A stretch of DNA of 64,000 bases from an uncultured delta proteobacterium. GTDB lineage: Bacteria; Myxococcota_A; Polyangia; Fen-1088. This document shows, in pieces, positions 58,988 through 64,000 of this stretch. A program made the translations under genes and the position numbers. The stretch's first letter is position 1, and every line of letters starts with the position of its first letter. The DNA lies in contig CAVYGB010000002.1 in the NCBI GenBank assembly GCA_963767925.1, forward strand, positions 1,856,001 to 1,920,000, given 5' to 3'. The notes under the pieces are model-generated. The model worked only from the letters and a program-made list of their open reading frames with translations. It searched no databases and had not been told where the DNA came from.

Positions 58988-59990
58988 ATGCTGGGAACAC
59001 GTCTGGTTCGTCGCTGTCCTGTCGGTGTGTCACGAAACGACACGCCTGGGTCGTGCTGGTCCTGGCGACGGTGATGGCGGGCGGGGGGCGGGCCCCGGTT
59101 GCCCGGGCGGCGGAGCCGGCCGAGGTGGAGGCCCTCATCCGGCAGGGAGTCGAGCTGCGTCGGCAGAACCGGAACGCGGCGGCCCCGACCTACCTCCAGA
59201 AGGCCTACGACCTGCAGCGCTCGCCCCGCACCGCCGCGCAGCTCGGGATGGTCGAGGCGGCGCTTGGGTACTGGCTGGCGTCGGAGCGGCACCTGCAGGA
59301 GGCGATGGAGTCGCCCCGGCACCCCTGGGTGGCCGAGAACCGCGCGCAGATCGAGGGCGCCTTCGACAGCGTCCGCGGGTTCATCGGCGAGATCATCGTG
59401 GTCGGCGCGCCGGCGGGGGCGGAGGTGGTGGCCAACGGCCAGCCGGCGGGGCGCCTGCCGGGGCCCATCGCGATCCGCCTGGGCGAAGGAACGGTGAAGC
59501 TGGGGGCCGAGTCGGCGGGCCACCTCCGGGCGGAGCGAACCGTGAGGGGGGTGGGGGGCGAGCGCTACCGCGTGCGCTTCAATCTGGAGAGGCCGACGGC
59601 CTCTCCCCCGCCGGCGCGACCGTGCCGAGCCTCGCCGAGCCCACCTCGCCGTTTGCCCGGCGGCGGGTGCCCGGGTCGCCGTCCGCCTCCGCGCCGGCGC
59701 TTCCGGCGGTCCCGCCGGTGGCGGTCCAGCACCCGCCGGCGCCGCTCGATCCCGGCCCGGGCCCGGGCACGCCCCTCGACGAGGCGCCGCCCGCGCTGAA
59801 GGGCGCCTCACCTCCGCCGGCGCGCTGGATCCGGCCGTTCGCCTGGGCCACCGCGGTGGCGGCGGTGCTCGCGCTGTCGGCGGGGACCTACGGCGTGCTC
59901 AGCCAGCGGCAGAAGCGCGACGCGTTCGACGACCACACGGTCAATGGCCAGCGCGTGTGCCGCACCGACGCGCCCGGACCAATCCGGGCG
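58988..59990 (+). pseudogene. TPR + PEGA domain protein, frameshifted and truncated
   Basis: LIRQGVELRR..AYDLQRSPRTAAQLG (TPR) and GAPAGAEVVANG (PEGA). Frameshift near 59585-59610, then a TM, then loss of coherence. No clear in-frame start. Confidence 0.7.
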
Positions 59991-59999
59991 AGCCGGTCC

Positions 60000-60592
60000 C
60001 CCCTGCGGCGGTTGACGCCGCCGAGTCGGACGCCGTTCGTCTCCGATCGAGGACGCCGGCTCCCCCGACGGGCCGTTGCCTCCACCGGCGAGCACCTGCG
60101 AGAGCGGGCGGCTCTGTGGCACCGCCTGCATCGCGGACGACAAGCCCTGCGGCGTGACGTGCAACCCCGATCGGCTGCTGTGCCGGGGCGGGTGCGTCCT
60201 GCGCAGCAGCCTCGAGCCAGAGACCTGCGACGGCACCGACAACCTACGCCCTGGCCAGCGGCTACGTGGAGATGGCCACCGTGGGCCACGCCGAGAAAAT
60301 CGAGCAGCCCGGCACCACCGCCCTGCGCTGCTTCTTCAAGAGCTTCAACCCCGGCATCGACATCGCCCTGACCACCTCCGCCGTCTCCCTCCCCGCCGAC
60401 TACGTCCCCTGCGACATCGAGGAGAAGGGCAACCTCGAAGCCTACGTCTACAAGGACCCCCGCCCCGGCCTCATCCCCCTGCGCCTCTATTTCAACGACA
60501 GCCTCATCGACTACCACGTCGACATCGGCGACGTGGTCCCCGAATACGGCCCCGGCATCATCCTCGGCTACGTCTTCTCCCGCCCCCGCTAG
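60000..60592 (+). pseudogene. Fragmented Cys-rich protein with DUF5648-like C-terminus
   Basis: Cys-rich piece ending ETCDGTDN is joined out of frame near 60244 to GY....VG...PGTTALR..PGLIPLRLYFN...GIILGYVF. Confidence 0.55.
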
Positions 60593-60696
60593 CGCCGAGC
60601 AGGCCGTTGCCGAGAAAGGCGCCCTCCTCCCAGCGGGTGGGCGGACGCCGCCGGACCAGATCCTGGCGCGCGAGGAAAGCGGGCCAGTCGACGGTC
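60592..60696 (-). repeat. 105-bp inverted copy of 22003-22107 (GH95 coding sequence)
   Basis: Manual alignment gives 104/105 identity. Confidence 0.92.
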
Positions 60697-60817
60697 GGAC
60701 GAGGCCCGGGTGGCGGGCTGGCGGGGGAGCGTGGTGACGGAGCCCGGCCAATCCACGGCTAGCAACAATGCTGGTGGGCGAAGAGATTTCGCCCTCTCGC
60801 AAGAACGAGCGAAATCG

Positions 60818-60938
60818 CCTCTGCCCGCGGTCTGCCGCGGGGGAGAGGTCGGCGCGTCTGCGCGCAGGGTGAGGAGCCTCCGGCGTGGCAACCGCCCCTC
60901 ACCCTGCCCTCTCCCCACGGCGGACCGCGGGGAGAGGG
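60818..60938 (+). repeat. Composite REP-like element
   Basis: Homolog of 58719-58882. Confidence 0.8.
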
Positions 60939-61019
60939 TTTACAGACTGACCGAAGGGGATGGGCGACCACGCCACGGCCAATCCCGCCGGCATCTTCCG
61001 AGAGAGAGGCCGTCGGGGG

Positions 61020-63307
61020 TCAGACGCCGAGGGCTTTGCGGATGGGGGTGAAGTCGAAGCGGTCGGCGGGGTCGAGGTGGCCTTCGTGGTATTCGGCGTC
61101 TTTGAGCAGGAGGGCGACCTTGCGGCGGCCTTCGGGGGTGGCGGCGGCGGCGCGGGGGGTCAGACCGTCGAGGGCGGGGATGGGCTGGTCGATCCAGTCG
61201 CGCCAGTGGGTGGCCTTGAAGGTCCGCACGGCGGCCCGCGCCTCGGCCGGCAGCGGCTCGGGCTCGGCGTCCTCGTCTTCGGGGTCGGCGCTGGCTGCCC
61301 GCTGCGCGGCGGCGGCGCGGGGATCGGTCTCCGAGCGGCGCACGTGGGTGAGGCGGCCGGAGGCGGCCTTCTCCAGCTTCTTGCGGAGGGCGCTGGCCCG
61401 CTTGCGCGAGTTGGTCTCGGCCACCAGCTTGTCCCGCTCGACCCGCAGCGTGCCGGCCAGGACCCCGTGGGGATCGTTGCGCTTGGTCTTGAGCCAGGTG
61501 AAGCGCACGACCTGGTTGCTGTCGCCGTCGGGGTCGCGCTCGAAGGAGGCGGCCTCGAGGGCGGCCAGCAGCGGCGCGCGCCCCTCGCGAGCAAAGGCGA
61601 ATTCCTCCTCGACGAGGAGGAGGGGGTCGCCGTCGGTGTTGCGGAGATTGGCGACGGCCCGCTGCTCGGCGCGCGCGCCCGCCGCCTGCCAGGCCTGCAC
61701 GACGACATCCTGGTAGCCGCCCGCCCGCAGCTCGGCCAGCTGCACGCCCGGTGGCTGCACGCCCAGGCGGGTGGCCACCTCCTCGACCGCGGCGGCGGCC
61801 TCCTGGGGGGCAGCGGGATGGGATACATCCCGAAGAAGCGGAAGTCCCCGTCCTGCTCGACGATGCGGGCCAGGACCGCCAGCCGGGGGACCATCTTCTC
61901 GGACCCGAGCTTCTCCTTGATCACCCGCCGCACCCCGGTCAGCAGGTCGACCGCGGTGAAGCCCTCGCCCCGGCGCACCTCCTCGATCTCCCAGACGCCC
62001 AGCCACCCCGCCTGCTGCATGGTCAGCCAGGCCCGCTCCTCCGGGCGCAGATCGGCGCCCCGCTCGCGCAGGTAGTGGTGGACGACCGGCTCGCCGTCGG
62101 CGACCGGGTGCTCGTACACCGACCAGGGGGCGAAGAGCTGGAGCTGCATGTCGTCCTCGGGATCGAGGCCGAAGGCCTTCGGTCCGCTGCCCCAGCCCTC
62201 GGGGAAGCGGGCGTGCGCGAAGCGCATCATCTCCGAGATCAGGTCGAGATCCAGGTCGGGGGGGCGGGCCGGGTGGGGATCGTCGGTCTCGGCGGCGCTG
62301 GGGTGAGGGAAGGTCAGCGACACCGTGGCGCCCGCCTCCGAGCGCCAGGTCTCCTGGATCACCCGGCCCGGCCCGCCGAGCTCGGCCCCGTGCCGCTCCA
62401 CGAAGGCCGCCACCGCTCCGCAGAGCGCGTCGGCCAGCCGCAAATCGCGCGCCGACAGCGGCAGCGGGAAGCCATCGCGCTCGCGCCGGACCACCAGCGG
62501 ATAGGTGCGAGGGCCGGCCAGCGGCCAGCCGTGTTCCTTCACCTCCCGCTTCATCTCGGGCGGCATCTCGGCCGCCGGCTCGAAGGTGACGGCCAGGAGC
62601 TGACCGCCGAACTCGACCGGGGGCTCCTCCCCCTCGGCGGTCTCGGCCGCGTCGAGGAAGGTGCAGAAGGCGTCGAACGACTCGAACAGCAACATGCCGG
62701 TCGACTCGCCGAGCGCGCCCATGAGCGACAGCGCGCCCCCCTGGACCCCCAGCTCGGGCGCGTCGACGAGCATGACGTCGTCGTCCCCGGCCCGCTCCCA
62801 GGGCTTGGCGAGATAGAGCGCGCGGGCCCGGGCAAACAGGCCCCCGACCAGCTCGGGCGAGGCCCCCGGGGCCAGGTAGGTGCTCGGCTCCTCCGCCTCG
62901 CCGCGCTCCTCGGGCGGGTTCTCCTCGGAGTAGCGGGTGAACGCCTCCCGCAGCACCTCGATCTCCGGCACCGGCGCGACGACCACCGGCATGCCGAGCT
63001 CCGTGCGCAGGCGACCGGCGAGCGTCTCGTCGGCCACCCGCAGCCGGCCCGGGCGGCGGGGCCGGCCGACCAGCGGGCTGGCGATCGCCTCCTCGAGCGC
63101 GTCGACGAGCGCCTGCCGCTCGGTCCCCGGCCGCACCACCGAGCCCTTGAGGACGACCGCCGCGGGCAGCTCGTACCAGACCACCATCGAGGGGCGGTAC
63201 ACCTCGTCGCCCTCGGACACCGTCGCCGACATGGCAAAGTAACCGCCCACCCACTCGCTGAACGTGATCGACGATTCGTGGCCGTCGGACCGCCGGCTGG
63301 CTTTCAT
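61020..63307 (-). CDS. Large protein with C-terminal Xre/MbcA/ParS-like (DUF2384) domain; frameshift in G6 run at 61805-61810
   Basis: N-terminal LYLAKPW...VQGGALSLMGALGE..GMLLF and C-terminal WIDQPIPALDGLTPRAA. Adding one base to the homopolymer joins the two frames (LPPQEAAA). Confidence 0.75.
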
Positions 63308-63464
63308 GGGCGGGATAGTAGCGCGTGAGGCGGTGCGATGGCTCACGCTTGGGGGCCGCCCCGGTCGGAGAAGCTCGTCACAAAGGGCGTCAGACCCGGC
63401 GGGCGCGTCGGGTTAGTGTGGACGCCTGCGTGGACTGGCATCTCGTCGGTCGGAAAGGCTCCGC

Positions 63465-64000
63465 TTGAAGTCCAGGGCTGTCCTGTTGTTCGCTATCCTC
63501 GTCGGCGCGACGTTTCCCGGTCGCTCTGCGCCCGCCGCGCCGGCGCCGCCACACCCGGCCGCCGCCGCGACGACCGCGGCCACCCTGACCCGGGCGCTGG
63601 AGCAGCGCTTCGCCGGCGATCGCAGCGGCGCCTGCCTCGCCGCCGCGGTGATCGAGGGGGCGGGCCCCAGCGCCGCCGGAACCGTGAGCCGGGCCTTCGT
63701 CTGCGCCGACCCCGCCCGCCGGCGCACCCTGAACGCCAGGACCGCCTTCGAGATCGGGTCGGTCACCAAGACCATGACCGGGATGTTGCTGGCCGACCGA
63801 GCCACCGCGGGCAAGCTGTCGCTCGAGGACGAGCTGGCTCGCCACCTGCCCGCGGGGACCCGCCTGCCGACCTTCCAGGGTCAACCCATCCGGCTGAAAC
63901 ATCTCACGACCCACACCTCGGGCCTGCCCGGGCTGCCGGCCCGCATGCCCCAGGTCGATCCGAACAACCCCTACGCGGCGCTGACCGAGGAGGCGCTGCT
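63465..64000 (+). CDS. Serine hydrolase (class C beta-lactamase family), truncated by window end
   Basis: Not in ORF track. TTG start, signal peptide, FEIGSVTK (SxxK) and HLTTHTSGLP. Confidence 0.9.
   Translation, partial: MKSRAVLLFAILVGATFPGRSAPAAPAPPHPAAAATTAATLTRALEQRFAGDRSGACLAAAVIEGAGPSAAGTVSRAFVCADPARRRTLNARTAFEIGSVTKTMTGMLLADRATAGKLSLEDELARHLPAGTRLPTFQGQPIRLKHLTTHTSGLPGLPARMPQVDPNNPYAALTEEAL

Noticed and set aside
61800..61815. Programmed frameshift or phase variation
   Set aside because: This is a single indel in a G6 run. Similar indels near 16490 and 59600 point to homopolymer sequencing error, and no slippery heptamer is visible.

Overview
Very GC-rich bacterial chromosomal DNA with myxobacterial hallmarks: a MYXO-CTERM sorting tail, DUF1592/DUF1552 pairs, an ECF sigma cluster, Cys-rich lipoproteins and several sigma-54 promoters. 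Myxococcota (Polyangia-like) is my inference. About 40 genes are recognisable. They include an MBL hydrolase, nitrite/sulfite reductase, L,D-transpeptidase, GH114, GH95, a metalloprotease, pfkA, two tandem APC permeases, a sulfatase-like protein, YaeQ, PhyH, a kinase, OmpA, a serpin, a CAP protein, FixJ-like and sigma-54 regulators, and a serine hydrolase. I found no rRNA, tRNA, CRISPR array, integrase or transposase. Intergenic space holds many REP/REPIN-like palindromes and orphan gene fragments (AbiEii, rsgA, TSUP, HATPase, PEGA/DUF5648-like). Several otherwise intact genes carry single-base frameshifts, some of which are probably assembly errors. The most notable observations are: a sigma-54-preceded two-gene module sharing a C-X19-C micro-domain; a 104/105-identical inverted copy of part of the GH95 gene 38.5 kb away; an 11-copy 27-bp G-rich array; an ADAM-like (metzincin plus disintegrin-like) surface protease; an H-type lectin lipoprotein hidden by a frameshift; and a probable pseudokinase. 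All family calls come from motif recognition by eye, not database searches.
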